Source of the DNA: Octopus bimaculoides
Lineage: Eukaryota
Assembly (NCBI RefSeq): GCF_001194135.2
Contig: NC_069007.1
Location: 1,264,274-1,328,273, forward strand
Direction of reading: 5' to 3'
Length of the DNA stretch: 64,000 bases
The position numbers and the translations under genes are program-made. Under the pieces are notes generated by a model. The model worked only from the letters and a program-made list of their open reading frames with translations. It did no database searches and had not been told where the DNA came from. This document shows positions 41,078-53,315 of this stretch, one piece after another. Numbering within the stretch: position 1 is the stretch's first letter; the number at the start of each line of letters is the position of its first letter.

Positions 41078-42004
41078 GGTATAAATGTGCATGCATATAT
41101 ATATGTGGAGTCGCTTTGCGGAAGCATTGTGTCGTACTACCCTAAAGAGATTTATTGAGTAAAGCAGGAATAATGCGAGATGGTACGATTTGAACTACAA
41201 AAAGAAAACAAAACATAACAAATCAATGTTGCTGTTTTAGCTTGTATTTCTATATTTCGGGGCTATAAACACTTCTTCGGGATATTTGAAGTGTTGGCAA
41301 AATCGTTACTGAGAGGTGGTGTAGGAAGGAGCAAGGGAAGGAAGAGGCTTAGGTACACAGACTGGTATTGCTATAGTAACAAATATGCTTCATGTAGACA
41401 AAAAACTGTTCATTACATGGTTACGAATTCGAACTTGCCACTAGCATATTGGAATTGGTAATAACTTTGTATTTATACACGTCACAGCTTAGCACTACCA
41501 ACCCGTTATTTATTTACGGTCAGCCGTTCATTAGCGTTACCAGCCGACTGGAATAACATCAGAGAGAATGTATCTCTTATCAGCTCACAGCGCCACCTTT
41601 TGGTTTCTTTGACTGGACAGGAGATAACCTACCCGAAATACTTGCATCTCATAGCTTGGAAAGGTGGCGCTGCGGGCTGATTTAGATTAATTTACACCAT
41701 TTGTCTACAACAGTAAATGGTAATAAACTCGCATACATACATACATACATAAATACATACATACATACATGGACACGTATGTATATAGTTACATATATAA
41801 ACATACCCACATTCATACACACACATATACGTACACATATATATGTGTGTATTATGTGCGTGTATACATATTAGTAATATTGTATGAAAGAAGTTAGGGA
41901 AAAATGGATGTATGGATAATTTATTTGTATGATAGAAGTGCGTTGATACGTTTGGATTATGTAACCTCCAATGTGGATCCAACTTCCTGGAATTGACTAT
42001 ATGC

Positions 42005-42064
<60 letters not shown>

Positions 42065-42136
42065 ATATGTGTATACACATATACACACACATACAAGTAG
42101 GTCATAATACCTAGAGGGTGCTTCTTTTCCACTCAC

Positions 42137-42314
42137 CAATGTGAACGGAACTTTGACCAAGAAGAATTGTTGTCGTCAGACAGCATCCAACGATCATTGG
42201 GTGTTTCGTCCCAGAATCGTAATACCCATCCATTTGTGGAGTAACAGATTTGGTCAAAGAATTGATCATCATCTCCTCCTGACTCCCAACTCTTACTCCT
42301 CTCTCTTGCTGCAT
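42137..42314 (-). CDS. Candidate coding exon 1 of an unidentified minus-strand gene (MQQERG...MIVGCCLTTTILLGQSSVHI)
   Basis: ATG at 42314, then 59 open codons plus 1 nt, ending at a consensus donor TTG|GTGAGT in phase 1, which matches the next exon. It ends in a modestly hydrophobic stretch. A second frame is also open, so frame and start are uncertain. Confidence 0.4.
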
Positions 42315-42745
42315 AACCGTTAAGGGCGTATTTCTGCTAACCCCTCACGTGCACAACTAGCCTGGGATTCGATCTATCTCTCTAATTTCAATGCTTTTAA
42401 ACAGCCTCCGTAATCATGTATAAGCATGACTGTATGTACATTCCAAGTCGTTGCACATATGTAACTGAAATATTGCATAGAAGCGTCGCCCATTTTAATT
42501 AAGGACATTCTTATGATATGTTACATTCTAAGATATTGTGTAGAAAGCTGGGGCAAGCAAGGGCAAGTACAGCTGGTAAAATGTATAGAGAAATATCAAC
42601 AGTATCAGTGGAGACAAGTAATTAAGAAATACAAGATACGAAATCAAAACAATTGATGGAAAGCATATGTGTGTGTATGTGTGTGTGTATGTGTGTGTGC
42701 ATCTCTATATGTGTCTGTGCATGTATATATTTGTATGTATTTAAG

Positions 42746-42792
<47 letters not shown>

Positions 42793-42929
42793 ATATGTGT
42801 GTGTTAAACAAATAGCTACTTCAAATCCGAGTCTCGTTCTACTTAAGTTTCAATAAGCAGTCATATGCGTCTTTGCTTCTCTCTGACAATGTTAAAGACG
42901 CTATACTCCACCATACATACATGCATGTA

Positions 42930-42974
<45 letters not shown>

Positions 42975-43009
42975 ACACAAACACATGTATACACACACAC
43001 ACACACACA

Positions 43010-43059
<50 letters not shown>

Positions 43060-43702
43060 GAGGTAGAGAGAGTGTAACATACATTATTAATAATGTATAC
43101 AATAATGTGTATGTTTAGGCCCTATATAACTATACACATAAACGCACCTAAACAGCACCGCATACTCCCGTACATAGACATACATACACATCTTTAAACG
43201 TAATTTTGTGTGTAGCCTTTTGGAATACATTTGTTAATATACGCATCAGAATAAATGCGGCAAATCACTTACACGTTTACACCAACACAACACAAAAACA
43301 GAAGCTCGCATACACACTGAAACACACGTATACAATTAGCCTAATATTATCGTTCTTACCTCTAATTTTTCTGGGGCATTTTACACATGATCAGTGTTGT
43401 TAAATTATTGAGAGAAACACTTTTAGTCAGACTTATTGATTAGTCGCCATTCACAAGTGACTGGACAACTGTTGCTAGAAGATAGCAGCATATTGGCGCC
43501 ATTATACGGTCAAGTTCTCTTATTGCATTCCTGTCAGCACATTGTTTTATTTTTCTCTTCCCTTTTCCAACAATTTGTCAAGTGTTGTTATCTGTTTCTC
43601 TCCCCCCTCTATCTTCCTCTCTCTAGATATACACATAATACACACATACATATATAAATAGACATACATACACAAACATACATACATATATATATGTGTA
43701 TG

Positions 43703-43757
<55 letters not shown>

Positions 43758-43806
43758 GTGTAGATATATGTATGTATATATATGCATGTATATGTCTATA
43801 TGTGTG

Positions 43807-43839
<33 letters not shown>

Positions 43840-44784
43840 TTAAATATATGTATTANNNNNNNNNNNNNNNNNNNNNNNNNNNNNNNNNNNNNNNNNNNNN
43901 NNNNNNNNNNNNNNNNNNNNNNNNNNNNNNNNNNNNNNNNNNNNNNNNNNNNNNNNNNNNNNNNNNNNNNNNNNNNNNNNNNNNNNNNNNNNNNNNNNNN
44001 NNNNNNNNNNNNNNNNNNNNNNNNNNNNNNNNNNNNNNNNNNNNNNNNNNNNNNNNNNNNNNNNNNNNNNNNNNNNNNNNNNNNNNNNNNNNNNNNNNNN
44101 NNNNNNNNNNNNNNNNNNNNNNNNNNNNNNNNNNNNNNNNNNNNNNNNNNNNNNNNNNNNNNNNNNNNNNNNNNNNNNNNNNNNNNNNNNNNNNNNNNNN
44201 NNNNNNNNNNNNNNNNNNNNNNNNNNNNNNNNNNNNNNNNNNNNNNNNNNNNNNNNNNNNNNNNNNNNNNNNNNNNNNNNNNNNNNNNNNNNNNNNNNNN
44301 NNNNNNNNNNNNNNNNNNNNNNNNNNNNNNNNNNNNNNNNNNNNNNNNNNNNNNNNNNNNNNNNNNNNNNNNNNNNNNNNNNNNNNNNNNNNNNNNNNNN
44401 NNNNNNNNNNNNNNNNNNNNNNNNNNNNNNNNNNNNNNNNNNNNNNNNNNNNNNNNNNNNNNNNNNNNNNNNNNNNNNNNNNNNNNNNNNNNNNNNNNNN
44501 NNNNNNNNNNNNNNNNNNNNNNNNNNNNNNNNNNNNNNNNNNNNNNNNNNNNNNNNNNNNNNNNNNNNNNNNNNNNNNNNNNNNNNNNNNNNNNNNNNNN
44601 NNNNNNNNNNNNNNNNNNNNNNNNNNNNNNNNNNNNNNNNNNNNNNNNNNNNNNNNNNNNNNNNNNNNNNNNNNNNNNNNNNNNNNNNNNNNNNNNNNNN
44701 NNNNNNNNNNNNNNNNNNNNNNNNNNNNNNNNNNNNNNNNNNNNNNNNNNNNNNNNNNNNNNNNNNNNNNATATATATATATAT

Positions 44785-44932
44785 GTGTGTGTGTCTGTGT
44801 TTGTTCCCCCACCCCACCCCAACCATCGCTTGACAACCGATGCTGGTGTGTTTACGTCCCCGTAATCTAGCGGTTCGGCAAAGCAGACCGATAGAATAAG
44901 TACTCGGCTTTCAAACAATAAGTCCTGGGGTC
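44785..44932 (+). mobile_element. SINE family A, 3' part (5' part probably in the gap)
   Basis: Close to the reverse complement of 9880-10000. Confidence 0.85.
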
Positions 44933-46305
44933 GTCAGTCTTTACGTTTAGAGCTCAAATGCTGACGAGGTTGACTTTAGCTTTCATCATGTTGGCAATGA
45001 AAGGCAAAATCCTCCTGATGAGAACTGGTTTAATGGACATACAAAAAATTCCTGGCCTTGTGCCAAAACTTGAAATCAGTCTATAACCACAATGAATTTA
45101 GCAATTGCTTACTAATACTGAAATTTTTTGTTGTTGTCTAACCAACCTTCCTGAAATTAAAACTTCAACGGAAATATGTGGCAGACTGTGAATCTGATGT
45201 TCAGGTTCAAACAGGAGATAAAGATGTCCAGCGTGCAAAAGTACGAGCTGACATATATATACCAAACCCTCATAGATAGAATTGAATTCGCTATCGGTTC
45301 CAATATTTATTAGTATCCAATTTCTGATGCTTGCGATGTTTTTCGATTAACATTAATAAGTTCTCTCCTCACAATTAGTGAGTCAAGATTAATTAGGAGC
45401 ATTGGTTGCACTTCATTGTAAAGACGCATACGTACACGCGCACATATATATATGTACACACACACACACACACACACACACATATGTACACACACACACA
45501 CATATGTACACACACACACACACATATGTACACACACACACATGTACACACACACACANNNNNNNNNNNNNNNNNNNNNNNNNNNNNNNNNNNNNNNNNN
45601 NNNNNNNNNNNNNNNNNNNNNNNNNNNNNNNNNNNNNNNNNNNNNNNNNNNNNNNNNNNNNNNNNNNNNNNNNNNNNNNNNNNNNNNNNNNNNNNNNNNN
45701 NNNNNNNNNNNNNNNNNNNNNNNNNNNNNNNNNNNNNNNNNNNNNNNNNNNNNNNNNNNNNNNNNNNNNNNNNNNNNNNNNNNNNNNNNNNNNNNNNNNN
45801 NNNNNNNNNNNNNNNNNNNNNNNNNNNNNNNNNNNNNNNNNNNNNNNNNNNNNNNNNNNNNNNNNNNNNNNNNNNNNNNNNNNNNNNNNNNNNNNNNNNN
45901 NNNNNNNNNNNNNNNNNNNNNNNNNNNNNNNNNNNNNNNNNNNNNNNNNNNNNNNNNNNNNNNNNNNNNNNNNNNNNNNNNNNNNNNNNNNNNNNNNNNN
46001 NNNNNNNNNNNNNNNNNNNNNNNNNNNNNNNNNNNNNNNNNNNNNNNNNNNNNNNNNNNNNNNNNNNNNNNNNNNNNNNNNNNNNNNNNNNNNNNNNNNN
46101 NNNNNNNNNNNNNNNNNNNNNNNNNNNNNNNNNNNNNNNNNNNNNNNNNNNNNNNNNNNNNNNNNNNNNNNNNNNNNNNNNNNNNNNNNNNNNNNNNNNN
46201 NNNNNNNNNNNNNNNNNNNNNNNNNNNNNNNNNNNNNNNNNNNNNNNNNNNNNNNNNNNNNNNNNNNNNNNNNNNNNNNNNNNNNNNNNNNNNNNNNNNN
46301 NNNNN

Positions 46306-46365
<60 letters not shown>

Positions 46366-47489
46366 GATACATATACATGCATATATGTAAGTATGTATTT
46401 GAGAACAGAACAGACAGAAGATCCAGTTAAAATATTATTTATTATAACCACACAAGTCAAAATATTTACTTAAAATTTCTATATACATAGATGAACACAC
46501 ACACACACCACATACACATATATACGTATAGAGAGGGAAACACACACACACATATAGAAGCACACACACGCACACACTTTGACGCATATACAGATAGTTA
46601 GATAAGTAGATAGAGAATAGATCGATAGATCGAGAAACAGATAGATAGGTACAAGGTAATTTATGCAAGTACACACAAACACACACACACACACACAAGC
46701 ACACACACACGCACAGTTGAATAACTGATGTGGTCTGATGGTTTGCCATCTTGGCACGAAAGTGAAAATAAACAAAAATGGAAGCACTTTTTAAATCATA
46801 AATTCTAACTTTATGAATATATGTGTGAATATATCTACCACCCCGACTCACTTTTCCTTTCTGTTTCTCTCTCTCTCTCTCTCACTCTCTCTCTCTGGTT
46901 GTATAAATGTATATAAATACGTACACGTACACACAAACTCGGACATGTGCGTGTGTGTGTAGATATATATTTATATACAAGTGTGTAGATATATGTATAT
47001 ATGTGCATGTATGTTTTTAAAAATACATATATATATGTATAAGCGTGTAAATGTCTATTCCTTCTACATACTCACGCGCACACATACATACTCTATATTT
47101 AGTACAAAATGATGTAAGCTGAATAAGTGAACGTGGTCAGTGGCGAGTATTAAAGTACGAAAATCGAATATATATACTAAATATGAAACAATTAAAATGT
47201 CATTAGCAATTTATCTTCGAGAGAAAATAAACAACTACCTAACGGTAAAATTCTTCCAAATAACATCTCATCACGTGAGGGAAGTCCGCCTTGTGTTTGT
47301 TTTTATTGTCATTGTGCCTTTTTTTTCTGTCTAGTAGTCGTAAGCTTTTCCCCATATCGTCGTGTTTCTGCCTAACAGGTAGCATTGTTACATTTGCTAT
47401 TCTACTTAAATTTCGGCCAGGCTTAGTTACATGCAAATAGAAGACATTAATGTATATATATCTATCATGTAAGTTTATATCTTTAACTT

Positions 47490-47925
47490 GTTTTAGTTAT
47501 TAGATTGCGGCCATGTTGGGGCACCGCCTCGAAGAATTTTAGTTCAACTAATCGACCTCAGCACTAATTTGCTTTTCATAAGGTTGGCACTTATTCCGTC
47601 TGTCTATTTTGACGAACCTCTACGTTACGGGGACTCAAATACACACACACACACTGTGTGTCAACACAGGCATACACACACGCACACACAAACACATACA
47701 TACAAGCACTCACATACACACACGCGCGCGCACACATACACACACACGCGCGCGCACACACATACACACACACACACACATATATGACGGGTTTCGTTCA
47801 GTTTCTGTCTTCCAAATAAACTCACAAGGCTTTGGTGGGCCCAAGGCAATAGTAGAAATCAGTGGCATAATCTGCCACACAGAGCCGAGTGGTTGGGAAT
47901 CAAACTTCTTACAACACAGCCACCT
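47490..47925 (-). mobile_element. Near full-length SINE family A (diverged)
   Basis: Colinear with 9804-10212, including the internal CA tract. Confidence 0.8.
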
Positions 47926-47931
47926 CTAGGA

Positions 47932-47975
<44 letters not shown>

Positions 47976-48013
47976 AAACAAATTAAAGATAGAAGATGGA
48001 ATATACGAGATTA

Positions 48014-48160
48014 ATCACAACAATTGTTTCGAGACATGTAGCATCGAGTCCGCTTGTGGGACACTCAAGAACTGGTTCGGNNNNNNNNNNNNNNNNNNNN
48101 NNNNNNNNNNNNNNNNNNNNNNNNNNNNNNNNNNGTTGAAGACGTATCTCGTCAGGTGAT
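48014..48160 (-). ncRNA. Candidate type I hammerhead ribozyme (Penelope-type), loop II interrupted by an assembly gap
   Basis: Minus strand reads AUCAC-CUGACGA-GA...(54 N)...UC-GAAAC-AAUU-GUU-GUGAU. The core is canonical, stem I is 5 bp and stem III closes at a GUU site. Confidence 0.45.
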
Positions 48161-48255
48161 AAATAAATACAGAAATTTTTTTTTTTTAATGACTGTTCCT
48201 CAATGCAATGTTCTGTTTTGTAGAGAGACAAACAGCAAGACGGAGGAAGATTCTT

Positions 48256-48289
<34 letters not shown>

Positions 48290-49249
48290 AGATCCCAAAA
48301 AAAAAAAAAAATTGCAGAAGACAAAAAGAGTACATATACGTTTGTGTATTTAAATGTGTATGTGTGTGCGCTAGTTTATCCGTGTATGTGTCTCTGTGTG
48401 AGAGATGTGCTCCATTCACGCATGCGTTTGTGTGAGTGTAATTGTGCGAGTGTGTGTGCGTTCAGGCGCTTCCATACGCATGTGTTATTCTGAAAAGCTA
48501 AATTAGGAGAACGTTTTACGATGTAAAACGAAAAATCTGTAGAATGAAGTTAGCACGGTTTTTCGTTAATAATGTTTGCTGTTTTCATAAAACTGAATCC
48601 AGCCTATAATGTTTGTCGTCCTTATTGGTTAACTTAATTCGATAAAATGGCATAAATATATTATTATACCGATCACGTGTATTGCTTTGCAATAAGGAGT
48701 AGCAGGGTACATAACCGATGTTCTCAACGTAGTGTTTCTAACAATCAAAATATATATCCGTGTTTATGAAATCATTCTCCGAGTTCATGCATCAACTAAA
48801 TCAGATTATTGCATAGTGTGAACTAATTTGCATAATGCTGTTAGTTTGACAACTGTGATAAATCCTCGACTCCTTGAAATCATCATCTAATAAAGTATGC
48901 ATGTCACTGTAACATACTTTTGAAAACGCTCACACTCTCCCTCTCTGTCTGTCTGTTTCTCTCTACCGGGATCTCTCGCTGTCTCTCACTCTCTCTCTCT
49001 CTCCGGTTCTCCTTTCTCTTGATCTGCCTTTCATCCTCTCTTTATCGACCGCTTTTGTTTGTCTCTGCTTGTTTTCTTTAGATGTCTTTTATATTCAACT
49101 CTCCCTTTACACAAGCACAAGAAAATAAAAAAAAAGGAAGAGACTTGTTTATATCAGTGAATGTATGTGCACCAACAAACGGAGAGAAAGAGCGATAGAT
49201 AGAAAGATATAGTCGAATGCATCGCTCGATATATTGACAGTGTGATTGC

Positions 49250-49295
<46 letters not shown>

Positions 49296-49578
49296 CGTAT
49301 GTATATATGTAGATAGGTAGGTAGGTAGGTACATACACACACAGCACCCGCTCACACTATCATCCACAAACATATAATATACAGAAGTGCGCTAATGCAC
49401 ACCGACTGACCCACACGTACACAGTGATACACACACACGTTTATATATATGTGTGTGCGTGTGCGTGTGTGTGTGTACACCCACATGTATACCGTAGACA
49501 TATACAATGATATAGACTTATATTCGTTACACAGATACTTCCATTACGTACAGACGCACGTCAATCAATTCCATGGTA

Positions 49579-49661
<83 letters not shown>

Positions 49662-50146
49662 TGTGTGTGTGTGCGCGCGCGAACTTACATGTGTATAACG
49701 GCGCTTGCTTTCACATAATATATATACATGTATATTTACACACTGACGTACACATGCTTAGAAATCGTGTTACATACCAATACACATGTGTGTACATGGA
49801 CATGGTTTCAAAAGAGATTGACCGGTGAAATAGAATACGCAAATACAGATGTTTCGCTTTACACAAATTAACAATGACATCTACACTGTTCCATGTAGCG
49901 TACCAACACGATGATTTACAGAGATAATCAGGTACTCATATCGTATTTCTTTTCAAAGAGGCCACCCCGACCCTGACAACACAAACGCAATCCTCTCGAT
50001 GCAATGGTCATTCGATAATCAATACTGATCTAAGAGATTTCCCGATCCTTCTTCTTTTTAATACGTTTCTCCATTGAAAGTTATTTATCGATGTGTTGTG
50101 TTTCAATTGAAAACGTATCGTGCTGGGAGAGGCTGGNNNNNNNNNN

Positions 50147-50184
<38 letters not shown>

Positions 50185-50422
50185 GTATATCAATATCTAC
50201 CACTGGACTGAATAGTAGCATGGCATGAACCGTTTCCTCTCTCCCTCCTCTCTGCACAAACAAGCACACACACACACACACACGCACGCACACACACACA
50301 CACACAGAGACACACAGAGACACACACACATACACATAGATTATACACACATATACCTATGCTTATGTGTATATCTCTCTCTCTCCGTTTTCCTATATAT
50401 ACATATATATATATGTAATTGT

Positions 50423-50535
50423 TATTCAGTAGCCATGATAAAACTCCAAGTTTCGGGTGTCGGGGCAAAACCCATCCCGGCGTGGGTTTCCGCCCCGACG
50501 TCGGAAACTCGGAGCTTTTTCATGGCTGCTGAATA
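50423..50535. repeat. 113-nt near-perfect palindrome (MITE-like or hairpin-RNA locus)
   Basis: Arms 50423-50474 and 50483-50535 pair over 52 positions with 5 mismatches, 3 G:T pairs and 1 bulge; 8-nt loop; TA at both ends. Confidence 0.9.
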
Positions 50536-52136
50536 ATTGTCACATATTATATTTACAGAGAAATTCCTCTATTTACATAATATCGAGGTCTCTTTCATTC
50601 TTTTGTNNNNNNNNNNTATATATATATATATATATGAATGCAAACACATGCACGCATACACGCACAGGCGCGCGCACACACAGACGCATATATTTATGGA
50701 CGTGTTATGAGAGTAACATCAGATCAGATGTTAGGAACACTGAGGACAAAAGGAATAATAACTGCTATTATCATTACGTTGATATCCATGTTTCTTTATT
50801 TTTCTGCATACACTGACGTCCACATACAGGCACACAAGCAGAAACACATGCACATACACATAGAGCTGTGTGATATCAAACATATACACACACACACAGA
50901 GACATATATACATATACACACATACATATATATATTTTCGCTCTTCCTTAGCAGAAATTAATGCACGCATGCAACATGCAGGGATGGACATAGTCAAGCA
51001 GAAAAGAATTCACAGATGTAATTAAATAAAGACAGATGCGGACAGCCACACATAAAACATTCGTATAAACACGCACACACGTGTGTTTTTGTGGGTGTGT
51101 GTGTGCGAATCTGAGAAATGGAGGACTAGATAAAAAGTTAGAGAGAGTAGAAGAATAACTACTGCTTTTCTGCAGTAAGAATATGTGTATGTGTGTTCGT
51201 TAGGATTTATGAATATGGATGTGCAATATTTTCATCCGCACCTACACACACATGCATGCTTCTTCTCTAGCAAAGCCCTCTCTTCACTTTCTCCCTCTTT
51301 CGTCTCTCAGAGACGCAATACATATATCCTCCGTTCGCCCACGCCCAAGCTTACATGTCCACATAACGAGGGTAAAACGTGAAAAAGAAATTCTTCATGG
51401 TGAAGCCAAGTCTAACTTCCCCGTGTTCACCCTACAAACTCTCAACAATTCTTCGGTTGTTGTCTGCTGAAAGTACTTCGTACAAATACGATGAGTTCCA
51501 GAATCAGAGAGAAATGAAACTGTCAGTTAGTTTGGGAATTTTAATCTTCTACCCTGAATATTTCTCTGCATTGATATTTCTGGTTCTTACTGAAAATGGT
51601 AAATTAGAATACGTAACTCAGCGTTTCCTGTGTCTTTCCCTGTTTATCTGTCAAGCTTCATTTATATTTATCAAACTATATATCTAATTTGCTCTCTGTA
51701 CCTGTATATCTGCTTGTCTCTATGTCTATATGTAACTCTCCATATATACGCATGTGTCTCTTTTTAACTATATATATATATATATNNNNNNNNNNNNNNN
51801 NNNNNNNNNNNNNNNNNNNNNNNNNNNNNNNNNNNNNNNNNNNNNNNNNNNNNNNNNNNNNNNNNNNNNNNNNNNNNNNNNNNNNNNNNNNNNNNNNNNN
51901 NNNNNNNNNNNNNNNNNNNNNNNNNNNNNNNNNNNNNNNNNNNNNNNNNNNNNNNNNNNNNNNNNNNNNNNNNNNNNNNNNNNNNNNNNNNNNNNNNNNN
52001 NNNNNNNNNNNNNNNNNNNNNNNNNNNNNNNNNNNNNNNNNNNNNNNNNNNNNNNNNNNNNNNNNNNNNNNNNNNNNNNNNNNNNNNNNNNNNNNNNNNN
52101 NNNNNNNNNNNNNNNNNNNNNNNNNNNNNNNNNNNN

Positions 52137-52180
<44 letters not shown>

Positions 52181-52861
52181 ACATACATACATACGTTACA
52201 TATGTGTGTGTGTGTGTGTGTTTACAGATATACACGCACACGCCCTCGCACACGTGCACACACACATAGAGGCAAACAAACACGAGCAGCAGGCACACAA
52301 ACGAAAACCCTATGAATTAATCGAAGCATTGAAAGGTTAACGAAAATAATTTGAACAAGCACTGAAACATAGATCCGCTATGTTTGTAATTTATTTCACT
52401 TTCAAACCAGAAAGAAATCACTTTGAATTGATTTCTACAACCCGGATGTCTTATATAATAAGAAAACCGTACTTTGTAAACGCAGCAGCTAGAGATGGGA
52501 TTTAGATTTCAATGGCTTTTAATTAAGGAGACATCGTAATGAAAGGGATGTATAGAAAACCTTCAGTTTGCACAGCCGATGTTCACAGTATGATAGCAAT
52601 CATTAGTATTCTACTTACACTCAACAGTATAGTCTTAGTAATGTTAAAGCTAAAAATAAAGTCCAGAAATCTATTAGAAAAGAACAGCGAATGCGACGAC
52701 AATAGCAGGAAGAGTAACTGTAAGAGTGAGTGGAACGAAGCAAGAAACTTCCTATGCTGTCGATTGACATGCTAGAAATAACAGACAAATCTCCGTCAAT
52801 ACGTGTACAAATAGCAGGTAATGCTTTCGTCATTCGCAATCATATAATTAAAAGGACGTAA

Positions 52862-53010
52862 TGCGCGCGTGGTAAGAAGACATAGTTAAGGAACTGCTCA
52901 GTGCTAGATTGGGCAAGGTGGGTAAGAGTTTTGTACTATAGCCCCGGGTCCAAAGAGTCCCTCGCCAGTGAATCTGGGAAACAGAAACACTGAGGAAGCC
53001 TGTCCTGTAT
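52862..53010 (+). mobile_element. SINE family A head (diverged)
   Basis: gcgcgtggtaagaag...tgggcaag...tactatagccccggg...gtgaatctgggaaacagaaac-tga-gaagcctgtc. Confidence 0.6.
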
Positions 53011-53044
53011 ATATTGTTGTGACTTGACAGACAGTACAAACCCC

Positions 53045-53315
53045 GGTCGATGGAAAAGCTAGCAAAAGTACCAATAATTGTGGTAGCCCTGGGAACAGTG
53101 AGCAAAAATTTCGACAAGTACGTGGAAAAAATATCGGCCCAACAAGGGTGGAGCACTTGTAGAAAGCAGTACTGCTTGGAACCTCTCAAATAATCCGGAA
53201 GGTGCTCGAAAAATAAGAGGTGTTACCTTAGTTCACTGGTAGTGAACAGCTGACACTGTAATGCATCTCCAGCGTTAGCAGTTGTGTAAAGGCAATAATA
53301 ATAATAATAATAATA
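53045..53315 (+). mobile_element. 3' end of an R4/Dong-type (restriction-like endonuclease) non-LTR retrotransposon
   Basis: KVPIIVVALGTVSKNFDKYVEK / IGPTRVEHL*KAVLLGTSQIIRKVLEK* matches the RLE C-terminal pattern VxPIIVGALG...LQKxALLGTAxILRKVL. A short 3' UTR and an (AAT)n tail follow. Confidence 0.85.

Noticed and set aside
52619-52817. Exon-like pieces on both strands (42-nt plus-strand phase 1-1 segment; hydrophobic minus-strand EVSCFVPLTLTVTLPAIVVAFAVLF*)
   Set aside because: I could not link partner exons in phase, and the two readings conflict.
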